Below, piece by piece: positions 27,201-38,487 of a stretch of DNA of 64,000 bases (positions within the stretch are counted from its first letter, which is position 1; each line of letters opens with the position of its first letter). The notes under the pieces are model-generated. The model was not told where the DNA came from, did no database searches, and worked only from the letters and a program-made list of their open reading frames with translations. A program made the position numbers and the translations under genes. Origin of the DNA: Anolis carolinensis (taxonomy: Eukaryota); contig NC_085846.1 of assembly GCF_035594765.1 (NCBI RefSeq), forward strand, positions 19,455,190 through 19,519,189, in the 5' to 3' direction.

Positions 27201-30200
27201 ATTTATTCAAAACAGAAAATTTCACGATGATAAAGAAAATGGTTACATCAGGGACTTCTGGGAGCATGCCTTCGGCTGTACATTTCCAAGTGAAGTTATG
27301 CATGAAAGGGATGAAGATATTTGCACAGGGAAAGAGAAGGTGGACAGTCTTCCAGGATCTTTTTTTGAAATGAGTATGACTGGCCACAGTTACAGCATCT
27401 ATAATGCTGTCTATGCAGTGGCCTATGCATTAAATGATATGTTTTCCTCTGGATTCAAGCTCAAGGCAAAGATGGGCAGAGGGAGATTGAAATCTCTTAA
27501 AGAATTTTGGCAGGTAATGCACAGATAACATACGGTGTTAATGCAACGTACTTTAAAAACAAATGTAATTTTTGCTCATATACAGGAAACCCTCAAGTTA
27601 CATACAAGATAACTTCTGTAGGTTTATTCTTAAGCTGAATTTGTACTTAAGTCAGGACAAGTACCGTATATACTCGAGTATAAGCTGACCCGAATATAAG
27701 CCGAGGCACCTAATTTTACCACAAAAAACTGGGAAAACATTGACTCCAGTATAAGCTGAGGGTGGTAAATTTCAGAAATAAAAATAGCTACCAATAAAAT
27801 TACATTAATTGAGGCATCGGTAGGTTAAATGTTTTTGAATATTTATATAAAGCTCAAATTTAAGATAAGACTTTCCAACTCTGATCAAATCGCTATTCTC
27901 ATCTTCTTCAATGTAAATGTGCTTATGTATCCTTTTAATAATAATAGAGTAAAATAATAATGTAATAATAATAATAAATACAGGAAAATAATACATGTAA
28001 TAATAAATAGNNNNNNNNNNNNNNNNNNNNNNNNNNNNNNNNNNNNNNNNNNNNNNNNNNNNNNNNNNNNNNNNNNNNNNNNNNNNNNNNNNNNNNNNNN
28101 NNNNNNNNNNNNNNNNNNNNNNNNNNNNNNNNNNNNNNNNNGTAGCAACAATAATAGAGAAAAATAATAAATGTAATAATACCAATAATAATAGAGAAAA
28201 ATAATAAATGTACCATATATTCTTGAGTATAAGTTGACCCAAGCCAACCAGGACCCTCACCCGAGTATAAGCCGAGGGGGGCTTTTTCAGTCTTAAAAAG
28301 AGGGCTGAAAAACTAGGCTTATACTCGAGTATATACAGTACATTTTGAAGTTTAACTCCAATCAAATATATATACACACACACACACACAAATTTTGGTC
28401 AGCATAAGGAAAGATTAACACTACTGTCTGTGCCCCTGTTCAGAAGATTTCACCTAATTTTCTGTCCTTGTGATCAATCATTGGATTCTGAAAAAAATGG
28501 TTTGTTGTGGAAACAAGGATAGGTGATAAAGCTTCAGTGGAGACTCCTTTCCCTCATGATAACTCTTCTTGGAGTGCATTTCCCTTCCTAGGGGTAGATT
28601 CCTCTCACTTCCTGTTGTCTTGCCTCCATCTTTAACTATACGCCGCATTCAAGCATTCATGTAACTGATTTTGTTATGTGGCTTCAAGTGAACTCTGATT
28701 TACAGCAAGGTTTTAGCAAGATTTATTTTACCCACAGAAGTTTATCATTGCCTTCCTCTGAGGTGGAAAGTTATAACTTGCACAAAATAATCCAGGATGT
28801 TTATGTCTGTGAGTAGAAATTCGAACCCTGGTCTTCCAGAATCCTAACACAACACTCAAAGCCTATGCTACACTGGCTCTCAATTTCTGGTGGAAATAAA
28901 AAGATAGCAGAAACATTTCTCAGTTTGTACAGTAAACCTCCCATTTCATTTGTTCTAATAAATGCTTCCTGGGTCCCATGTCAAGTGAAATTGTAGCATT
29001 AAAATACAGTAAAGTCTCGCTTATCCAAATTTCGCTTATCTAACATTCTATATTATCCAATGCAGTCTGCCTTTTAGTAGTCAATGTTTTTATAGTCAAT
29101 GTTTTCAATAGATTGCGATGTTTTGGTGCTAAATTCGTGAATACAGTAATTACTACATAACGTTACCGTGTATTGAACTGCTTTTTCTATTGATTTGTTG
29201 TATAACATGATGTTTTGGTGCTTAATTTTTAAAATTATAACGTAACTTGACATTTAACAGACTTTTCCTTAATCCCTCCTTATTATCCAACATTTTTGCT
29301 TATCCAACGTTCTGCCAGTCGTTTATGTTGGATAAGCGAGACTCTACTGTAAAGTAGTTCAATATATAATATAATATGATATAAATCCATCTGTGCGCAT
29401 TTTTAAAATTCGGTTTATATATATATAGGACAAGAAAGTTAGTTTAACATTAACTGAAAGTATATACTCAAGAGCTGGAAGAAGATACTTTTTGATATTT
29501 CGAGCACAGATATAAAGGATGACTTGTGCATGTCCAGTTGAACATTTTTGTCCATTGATATCAAATCAATTTTTTTTTCTAAATTCTCGCTGTTCCCTTT
29601 TTCTATCTAGCTCCATCAGTTTCTGAAGATTGTCTCATTTAACAACAGTGTTGGGGACAAAATTTTCTTTGACCACAATGGGCAATTAATAGCTGTGTTT
29701 GATGTTATCAACTGGATCATTTATTCCAACCAGTCGTTTCATAGGGTGAAAATTGGGAAGATGGACCCTGAAGCTCCTCTAGATCAAGTCTTCACTATAA
29801 ATAACACTGCAATAATTTGGCACAACTGGTTTAACCAGGTAGTTTATTATTTAAAATAATCTGGGGACTGTTTCCATGTTGATATAGCAATGACAGTCTT
29901 GACACGTCATGAGCCATTTGAATCTGATATAAAATATTGATTATTGTTAGAAACTAGACCATATGTAATTTGATTACAGATATGAAGCACCTTCCCTTTT
30001 TCTTTGCTGTTAGTTATAATATCTGAAAACATAGAAGACTGCATTTTGAATAGATTTTGAAAACGCATTTTATTTAGTCTTGAAAAATAGGCTTGAAATT
30101 CTTGATTATTCAACCTGCTCCATTCAGGCTAAATCTGATATTAATTAAAAAATATATGGCATCTGTTATATTCAGGGCCGGCCGGAGATATTTTTTGATG

Positions 30201-33200
30201 TAAAGCGGGGGCGCTGAAAAGCGCCCCCGCCACCGGCGCCCTGGCCCCGCCCAGCGTGCCCTGGCCCCGCCTCCCACGCTGCGTGGGAGGCGGGGCCAGG
30301 GCGAATAGTGAGGGGGCGGGGCCAGAGTTGGCCCCGCCCCCCGTGCCCTGGCCCCGCCTCCCACGCAGCGTGGGAGGCGGGGCCAGGGCACGCTGGGCGG
30401 GGGGGCGGCGTCAGAGCTGGCCCCGCCTCCCACGTTACCCCCGCTCGCCCGTCTGGCCTTGTGTAGCAGGCCAGACGGGCGAGCGGGGGTAACGTGGGAG
30501 GCGGGGCCAGCTCTGACGCCGCTCCCCCCCCCCCCCGCCCAGCGTGCCTTGGCCCTGCCTCCCACGCAACGTGGGAGGCGGGGCCAGGGCACGCTGGGCG
30601 GGGGGGGCGGCGTCAGAGCTGGCCCCGCCTCCCACGTTACCCCCGCTCGCCCGTCTGGCCTTGTGTAGCAGGCCAGACGGGCGAGCGGGGGTAACGTGGG
30701 AGGCGGGGCCAGCTCTGACGCCGCTCCCCCCCCCCCGCCCAGCGTGCCTTGGCCCTGCCTCCCACGCAACGTGGGAGGCGGGGCCAGGGCACGCTGGGCG
30801 GGGGGGCGGCGTCAGAGCTGGCCCCGCCTCCCACGTTACCCCCGCTCGCCCGTCTGGCCTTGTGTAGCAGGCCAGACGGGCGAGCGGGGGTAACGTGGGA
30901 GGCGGGGCCAGCTCTGACGCCGCTCCCCCCCCCCCGCCCAGCGTGCCTTGGCCCTGCCTCCCACGCAACGTGGGAGGCGGGGCCAGGGCACGCTGGGCGG
31001 GGGGGGCGGCGTCAGAGCTGGCCCCGCCTCCCACGTTACCCCCGCTCGCCCGTCTGGCCTTGTGTAGCAGGCCAGACGGGCGAGCGGGGGTAACGTGGGA
31101 GGCGGGGCCAGCTCTGACGCCGCTCCCCCCCCCCGCCCAGCGTGCCTTGGCCCTGCCTCCCACGCAACGTGGGAGGCGGGGCCAGGGCACGCTGGGCGGG
31201 GGGGGCGGCGTCAGAGCTGGCCCCGCCTCCCACGTTACCCCCGCTCGCCCGTCTGGCCTTGTGTAGCAGGCCAGACGGGCGAGCGGGGGTAACGTGGGAG
31301 GCGGGGCCAGCTCTGACGCCGCTCCCCCCCCCCCGCCCAGCGTGCCTTGGCCCTGCCCCACGCAACGTGGGAGGCGGGGCCAGGGCACGCTGGGCGGGGG
31401 GGGCGGCGTCAGAGCTGGCCCCGCCTCCCACGTTACCCCCGCTCGCCCGTCTGGCCTTTTCTAGCAGGCCAGACGGGCCAGGGCGCACTGGGCGGGAGGC
31501 GGGGCACCGTCAGGGCGGTGCCCCGCCTCCCGCCCAGCCTGACGGCGCCCCCCCGGGCCTGCGCCCGAGGCGGCGGCGTCAGCTGCCGCATGAGTGGGGC
31601 CGGCCCTGGTTATATTTAAAGTTCTTATTCAATACATATAGAGGTACGGTCGCCACATCCCAGCTTCACAAATCTCATATCCCAATTTGCATGTTATGCA
31701 GTTTTGTTTGTGTGTGTTTTTGCACTGTTAAAAGTGAAGGACGATTTCTTTTCAGAAAGACTACGTATGCTCCCCAAATGTGTGAGCCACAATGTTGAAT
31801 TTATTTCTTCCAGTGAACCTCAATAAGTGCAACCCACTTCCCTTCCCTGATTCCTCCTTCCCCTCAGCAACAGCATGCATAGTTTGATACTGTCATATTA
31901 TCAATGCATTTTTAATTTTTTTGACTAGGTTCAACCCCTTTCTCAGTGTAATGACAATTGCTATCCTGGCTATAGCAAGAAAATAAAAGAGGGAGAACCA
32001 TTCTGCTGCTATGATTGTATGCCATGTCCAGAGGGGAAGATTTCCAGTGAAAAGGGTAAGAAGAAAGAATGTTAAGATTAACCTAGCTACTAGTGCTATT
32101 TACATATTAAAGAACATTTTATTATTGGTTCAGAGACCCTGAAATGTAAACTAAAATTGACTAAAAGCCACTTTTTGCCATTTTAGGGTTGTTGAGATGA
32201 CTTTGTTTCCCTCCATCCCTCTTGCTAAAGATAGTCACTTTCCATTCAGAAGGAAAAGCCATGTCCTGATTTGATTCCTTCTTCATAATCTGTTGGGGAC
32301 ATGAGAATTTGTTTAAAGATTGTTTTAAGTATGTCTACAAACTCTAGAGGAGAATATGTATGACTCTCTGAGCTAATCTGTTGACTACAATAATAAAAAT
32401 ATAATAATAAACCTTTATTTATATTCTTCCCTATCTCACCAGAAGTACTCAGGGCAATTCCAACATACAACGGCAAATATGAAATGCCTCCATAGAACAA
32501 ACAAATACCAACATAAAATCCCAGAAAAAAAACCCCACATATGAAAACACTAAAACCTAACATCAAATTAAACCTAATATCAATAAATTAAACCTGACAT
32601 CCATAAATTAAACCAAATATATAGTTCCCACCAACGTACTTGAGATGGGGGTGGGACTGAGAGTAGGGCCTCCTCCGCTGACCGCATTGCCCAGGCTGGT
32701 TTATAAGAGAAGATGCGATCAATTAAATAGCCTGGACCTGAGTCAGGGCTTTAAGGTAATGACCAACACTTTGTATTTATCCTGGAAACAGACCAGCAGC
32801 CAGAGGAGCTGGCGCAACATAGGAGTGGATCTCTCCCTGTATGGAGCTCCTGTTAGTAATCTGATCTCTGGACCAGTTGGCTTACTTTTTACCACTACCA
32901 CTATTACTATTATACGTAGGTTATTAATATGAAAAGAGACTACATTCAAGAATCAGATGAAAACTTGGAATAGCAGCTGTGAAGGAACTAGAAAAGATCC
33001 TGAGATATAATGATATATCATTAAATGCTAATGTTAGGACTGCCCATGTCATCGTCTGTCTCTATCTATGGTACCGGTAGTAAAAGGTGAAAGTGAAGAA
33101 AAGTGATAGGAAGAACATCAATACATTTGAGGTGTGCTAGAGAAGAGTTCTATGCATATCCTGGACTGCCAAAAAGATAAATAAATGGATCTTAGAGCAA

Positions 33201-35449
33201 ATCAAATCCAAACTCTCCCGAGACCCAAGATGGCTAAACAGAAATTGCTGTACTTTGGCTAGATCAAGAAAAGACACCATTTCCTAGAAGTCATAGCCCC
33301 AACCTAAGCAGGAATATTGATTATGGGATGACTTGAAGGTCTCTCATTCATAGGGTTCACATAAGTCAAAGTTGACTTGATGGCAGTTAGCAATACAATT
33401 CCAAAGAAAACGTGTTTAGCACCAGGATAGGAAAAATAGAACACTTTCATAACTTTTTAAAACTAATCATAATAATGGGGTTGTTGTATGTCTTTTGGGC
33501 TGTGTGGCCATGTTCCAGAAGCATTCTCTCCTGACGTTTCGCCCACATCTATGGCAGGCATCCTCAGAGGTTGTGAGGTACCTCACAACCTCTGAGGATG
33601 CCTGCCATAGATGTGGGCGAAACGTCAGGAGAGAATGCTTCTGGAACATGGCCACACAGCCCGAAAGACATACAACAACCCTGTGATCCCGGCCATGAAA
33701 GCCTTCGACAACACATAATCATAATAATACTGTTGGATGAATATTTAATGCAAAACTGAACCTTTTTGCAGTATTCCTTAAAAAATATTCTTGGCAAACA
33801 TTTTTCCAAAATAATCACAATAATTTGACTCATATAGACTGGGTATAAAAAATCCATTTTTGGAACTATGCGGGAGGGTAATTTTTAAATAACTAAGTTT
33901 ATTACCTTTCCAATGAAGTAAATATGGGAAAGATGATAAACTGAACCTAGCCATTTGAAAACTACCCTCCCCAAATGACCATTTAGCCTAGGATCTAAAC
34001 ATAACAAGGTTTTATTACTAATCTTTGTTTATGTGCAACATGAATGCTTCTTTAAAGGTTCACAGTGATGAGATACTAGAAAAATATAGTGGAGCGTTAT
34101 CATTTCAGCTGGTTTCCACTTGAAAGAGATATTTATAATTGTGCAGTTCAACAGTTCTTGAAATGATTTCAAAGGCTATTTTATGACAATGAGTGGTCAA
34201 CAGTAGACAATACCTGTTGACAAAATACTTTGTTAACCAACAAAGGTATAGCCCTTTTAGTGGACCTTGGATTTTGTTTTAACTTAATGACAAATAATTA
34301 TCATTATTATCTTTTGTCAAATTAAAAGGAGGGAAAAGTGTAGGGAAGGAACTGATGCCGTGTTGAGTGAGATGTATTGCTGTCTAGGACTAGCTCTGTT
34401 ATATCTCCCCAGTGAAACAGAGCCGGAATAAATGAAGAGAACAGAAAATGAAGAAGGTACAGTAGGACTGATGTTTCAGTCTTACTCAACAATAACAGAT
34501 ATGTGAGAGATTAATACCACAATTACTTTTTTCTATTTCAGACATGGATGAGTGCTATACATGCAGAGATGAATACTACCCCAATAAAAAACATGACCTG
34601 TGTATTCCAAGAGATATAAGCTATCTGTCTTATGAAGAACCATTGGGGATTGCTTTAGCCTTCCTTGCTCTTCTTTTATCATTCATAACATGTTTCATAC
34701 TAGTAATATTTCTGAAATATCAAAACACTCCCATAATCATAGCAAATAATCGAAACCTTACCTATATTCTCCTCATCGCCCTCCTGTTCTGTTTCCTTTG
34801 TGCCTTGCTGTTCATTGGCCAGCCTCAGAAGGTGACATGTCTTCTCCAACAAACTGCTTTTGGCATCATCTTCTCAGTGGCAGTGTCTTGTGTGTTGGCA
34901 AAAACAATAACAGTACTTCTTGCTTTCATGGCCACCAAGCCAGGATCCAAAATGAGGAAATGGGTGGGGAAAACATTGACCTACTGCATTGTTATTTCTT
35001 GTCCCCTTATTCAAACAGGCATCTGTGTTGTATGGTTAGCAACCTTTCCCCCATTTCCCAGTCCTAACACTAATTCGGTCAGAGAAGAAATCATACTGGA
35101 ATGTAACAATAATTCTGCAACTATGTTTTATTGTGTTCTAGCATATATGGGATTCCTGGCCGCTGCCAGTTTTGTTGTGGCTTTCCTTAGTAGAGAGTTG
35201 CCAGATACTTTCAATGAAGCCAGGTTTATCTCATTCAGCATGTTGGTGTTTTGCAGTGTTTGGATATCCTTCATTCCAAGCTACTTGAGCACTAAAGGAA
35301 AATCCATGGTGGCTGTGGAAATCTTTTCGATCTTAATCTCTAGTACTGGGCTACTAGGTTGTATCACTTTTCCAAAATGCTATATTATTTTGTTCAGGCC
35401 TAACCTGAACAACCGAGAAACATTAATGAAGAAAAAGTTGAGAGATTAA
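24035..35449 (+). CDS. V2R gene C, intact, ~886 aa (877 aa if start is ATG 24062); join(24035..24276,25349..25640,26650..27513,29611..29838,31929..32055,34542..35449)
   Basis: Exons of 242/292/864/228/127/908 nt sum to 2661 nt in frame; all GT-AG; full VFT, CRD and 7TM motifs. Confidence 0.94.
25349..25640 (+). CDS. V2R C exon 2
   Basis: [25 protein letters not shown]|GT; 292 nt. Confidence 0.93.
26650..27513 (+). CDS. V2R C exon 3
   Basis: LIYGSAP..EFWQ|GTAATG. Confidence 0.94.
27664..28338. mobile_element. Tc1/pogo-type MITE spanning the assembly gap
   Basis: TIR CCGTATATACTCGAGTATAAG / CTTATACTCGAGTATATACAG; TA TSD. Confidence 0.85.
28011..28141. other. Assembly gap (131 N) in an AT-rich minisatellite
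   Basis: N run. Confidence 1.
29007..29349. mobile_element. Tc1/mariner MITE
   Basis: TA|CAGTAAAGTCTCGCTTATCCAA..TTGGATAAGCGAGACTCTACTG|TA; same family at 53344-53649. Confidence 0.88.
29611..29838 (+). CDS. V2R C exon 4
   Basis: [19 protein letters not shown]|GT; 228 nt. Confidence 0.92.
30173..31608. mobile_element. Non-autonomous hAT element with internal GC-rich palindromic tandem array
   Basis: Perfect 11-bp TIR CAGGGCCGGCC and perfect 8-bp TSD GTTATATT (30165-72 and 31609-16). Confidence 0.92.
31929..32055 (+). CDS. V2R C exon 5
   Basis: [25 protein letters not shown]; 127 nt. Confidence 0.93.
32400..32870 (-). mobile_element. Degraded L2 3' fragment
   Basis: Minus frame [22 protein letters not shown] resembles the L2 at 18.7 kb; L2-type 3' end near 32410. 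Confidence 0.7.
32950..33395 (+). mobile_element. Degraded RTE/BovB-like LINE 3' fragment
   Basis: Relic peptides [23 protein letters not shown] and LLYFG, plus an RTE-type 3' end. Confidence 0.65.
33530..33570 (-). ncRNA. Mirror-image minimal hammerhead ribozyme motif
   Basis: Exact reverse complement of 33589-33629. Confidence 0.72.
33589..33629 (+). ncRNA. Minimal type I hammerhead ribozyme motif (PLE-associated)
   Basis: CCT-CTGAGGA-T-GCCTGC-catagat-GTGGGC-GAAA-CG-TC^AGG. Confidence 0.75.
34542..35449 (+). CDS. V2R C exon 6 (7TM)
   Basis: TTTCAG|AC ATG; 7TM ending at TAA. Confidence 0.96.
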
Positions 35450-37126
35450 ATTATTTTTTCTTTTCTTCTTCTTCTTCTAGAGGTTGATAGTTCTGGTAGG
35501 TAGGTTACTTGGTCAAGACTGTCCTACACCCTAGTTTCACATCTTAAACCTCAAACTCAGGGGGAGTGTCTTGTCACCGAATTAGCTTTGATGAAGTCAT
35601 AGAGTGGGTCCTCTTGATGTCAAACATAATAACTTAAATGTAAAGCAGAATTTTACAAATAATGCAATTCAAGCAGAATTCTTTTTAAAAATACTGAATA
35701 TGTATTTATACAAACACACTTGTTTCAAAGTAATAATCCCACTTTGAGACCCCACCCCCCGATCCTAAGAACTGGAGAAGAGGCCTGAAATTTCAGAAGC
35801 CCACCAAATAGGATTGAAAAATACTTTTTTCAAAAACCTAGATGGCGGCCAATCAGTGTAGAAACTATCAGTTTTCATGGACCACTGCTGTTACCTGATA
35901 ACTTTATACTGAGAAGGAGACTCTGGGTGCATCGACAGTTCAGAATTAATGCAGGTTGACACCACTTTAATTGCTATGGCTCAGTGCTATGAAATCATGA
36001 GATTTGTAGTCTGATGAGTACCAGTCCTCTTTGGCAGAGCAGACAAAATACCTTGAAAAACTGCAACCTCTAGGATTCCATAGTACTGAGCCATTCAGAC
36101 TTGGGGGGAGAAACCCCAAAGACACCAGCTGCTGTTCTTAATGTTTCCCATGACAAGTGATCTTATCACACATGAGGCTTTTGGCCCCTTGCTCCACTTC
36201 GGGGATGGGGCCTGCCGAGTGCCATCAGACAATGCTGGCTTGGCCCTGACCCATTCTTCCCCAAAGTGGTGAGGAAGCGTCACAACAAGCTTCCTCGCCC
36301 ACAGTGGAAAGATAAGTGGTAGTTCCGACAGAGCTAGCTGCATTTTTGGCACCTTTCTCCCATGCGATGATGGGGGAAAGGCCACCCTTTTCCCTTTTCT
36401 GATGGGAGCAGGGACAGGGTGCCAACACACCTCGTCCTGTTCCCTACATATGATGGGGGAAAGAAGGAGGGCATGTGGGGTGCTGTGATTGCTGGCAAAA
36501 CAGAATCAAATGGGGGGGGGGGGGAGGTCGGTGTGAAGATGTCCAAGGAGAACACAGTAGACTTCTGTCGGTTCTTTTATGGCCTATTGCATTATTTATC
36601 TTTACGTATGCCTAGCTATGTGGCAGAGATGCTAAGAAGCCTTTTTATGGAATTGTAAAAGTGGGTAAGGAACAAAGGCAAGAGTGCCCAATTCACATCA
36701 AGGCCAATCCACATGAGTGCATGATGCTATTTGGGATTAATTCATATGAATACATGATGAACATTTGTGTGCAATGCAAACCAGTCTCTCTGCCAGCTAT
36801 ATTAATCAAAGTTTTATTATAGTCCAAAGACACAAGTAGCTCAGCAATAAAAGGTACACAAGTGCATACAGATTAATAAACCGATTAAATCGATTAAAAT
36901 GCAGGATGCCACACTATACAAAGTGCATATGAACAAGAGTGAGAACACTGCAAATAAACGTAGAGGCAAATTCAGCCTTAGTCTAATCCATGTAGTTGTC
37001 TTAACCTGGCTATCCCAGAGAGAAATTTGACAATGGCCAAAGTCACGTGGGGAGATTATCTCCTAATGAAAACCTTACATAGAAATGGGCTGATCTACCA
37101 GGTAGGTCTCTGTAGTGGATTAATAA

Positions 37127-37436
37127 CACTATGTAACAAAATTTGAAAAATACTCTATTCCTGATTTGAAAGTGTTATTTCCTGTTTGATTGTACAATAC
37201 CTACTTTGAAAGTAATTGTTATACTCCAGAAACTTCATTTTTGTGGCTGTCACAAACTATATCGAATTGATTGACACTATATGAGATATTAGCTGAAAAA
37301 CTATAGCAAAATGTGCTGCAGGATGTCTCGCAAAAACAAAGTTTTTGCGGTTTAATAAACTTTTTCTATGTTTTTATGATATAATCAATTAGGAAATGAC
37401 ATTTATAACTCAGGAACAAAAATCGTGTTACATAGT
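37127..37436. mobile_element. Non-autonomous DNA element (Chapaev/CACTA-like ends); partial relative at ~7830-7975
   Basis: Termini CACTATGTAACA / TGTTACATAGT; shared internal block AAAAACAAAGTTTTTGC..TTTAATAAAC. Confidence 0.55.
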
Positions 37437-37620
37437 TGTAACATACATGTTGTCGATCCTGTTTATAAAAACTGCAGGACAATAAGATTTGATCCATACA
37501 TCCATATATTCCTGGGTATTGCATGGGCAAAGTCTTGTGTTATGTGGGACTCCCACAAATTTAGCAGGGAACATACATCTTGCCTTGGAGAACAGACAGG
37601 AATATTTGGCAATATTGGTT

Positions 37621-38487
37621 TGCATTAGTGTGCAAATAACCTTTTTGTCGTATGAAGAAGCTTTAGGGCTTGGTTTAAGTATTAGTGCTCTTTCTTTCCT
37701 TTTGGTCACAACACTGGTGCTTGAAACTTTATAAAGCACCAGAATACTCCCATTGTTAAAGCCAACAACCTGACTCTTTCGTACACTCTTTTCATCAGTC
37801 TTTTGCCCTGCTTTCTTTGTGCTTTGCTATTCCTCAGATAACCCCCCAAAATAACATGTCTCATTTGTAATATTATCTTTGCAATTGTTTTCTCAATGAC
37901 CACTTCATTGGTGTTAGCCAAAAGTGTTACAGTGGTTTTAGCTTTCATGGTTACGATGGCATCATCAAGGATGGAAAGATGGATGAATAAAGGAGTGGTT
38001 GCATTAATTGTTTATTTTCCTGTACTCTATTCAAGTAATCATTTGTGTTACATTGTCATCAGTCCCGTCCCCCCATTTCTTTGACATGCATTCGGAACCT
38101 GAAGAAACCATATTAACATGTAATATAAGCTCAGTGGCAACGGCTTACTGTGGCTTTGCTTACATGGTCTTCCAAGCCATTGTCAGTTTTATTGTAGCTT
38201 TTCTAGCCAGGAACTTACCCAGCAGTCTCAATGAAGCTAAATTTATCACAATCAGTATTCTCAACTTTTGCACTGTATGGGCATCCTTTATTCCAACCTA
38301 TTTGAGCACCAAGGGAAAACAGGTGGTGGCCATGGAGATCCTTGCTATCTTAGTTTCCAGTGCTGGGTTGCTAAGTTTCATATTCCCACCCCCCCCCCCC
38401 AAATGGTTCATTATAGTTCTGAGGCCTGAAATGAACAAGAAGGAGCTGATTTTAAAGAAAACTAAAGTGACACTCTCCATAGAATGA
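37621..38487 (+). pseudogene. Orphan V2R exon 6 (7TM) pseudogene D
   Basis: [21 protein letters not shown] and LPSSLNEAKFIT are recognisable. Frameshift ~37730, in-frame TAA 37839-37841, second frameshift ~38010-38030. No exons 1-5 seen in 35450-37620. Confidence 0.9.

Larger units (their letters stand above)
27583..28667. mobile_element. Older Tigger-like non-autonomous DNA element hosting a nested MITE
   Basis: TA|CAGGAAACCCTCAAGTTAC start; sequence resumes after the TA duplication at 28339; right end degenerate. Confidence 0.55.
33477..33715. mobile_element. Penelope-like element remnant: inverted pseudo-LTR palindrome plus 34-nt tail
   Basis: Palindrome 33478-33681, unpaired tail 33682-33715, 13-bp TSD TAATCATAATAAT (33464-76 and 33716-28). 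Confidence 0.85.

Noticed and set aside
30240-31480. Regularly spaced repeats resembling a CRISPR array or a true gene CpG island
   Set aside because: Spacers are identical rather than unique, the genome is vertebrate, and the block is bounded by TIRs and a TSD.
30110-31798. Many long Gly/Pro/Ala/Arg-rich ORFs on both strands
   Set aside because: By-products of a stop-poor GC-rich palindromic array; no transposase or other domain is recognisable.
33467-33686. Near-identical ORFs on opposite strands ([10 protein letters not shown]..)
   Set aside because: A consequence of the palindrome, not coding.
36800-37125. Possible 3' end of a minus-strand non-LTR element
   Set aside because: Only vague peptide resemblance; family and boundaries are not supportable without a search.
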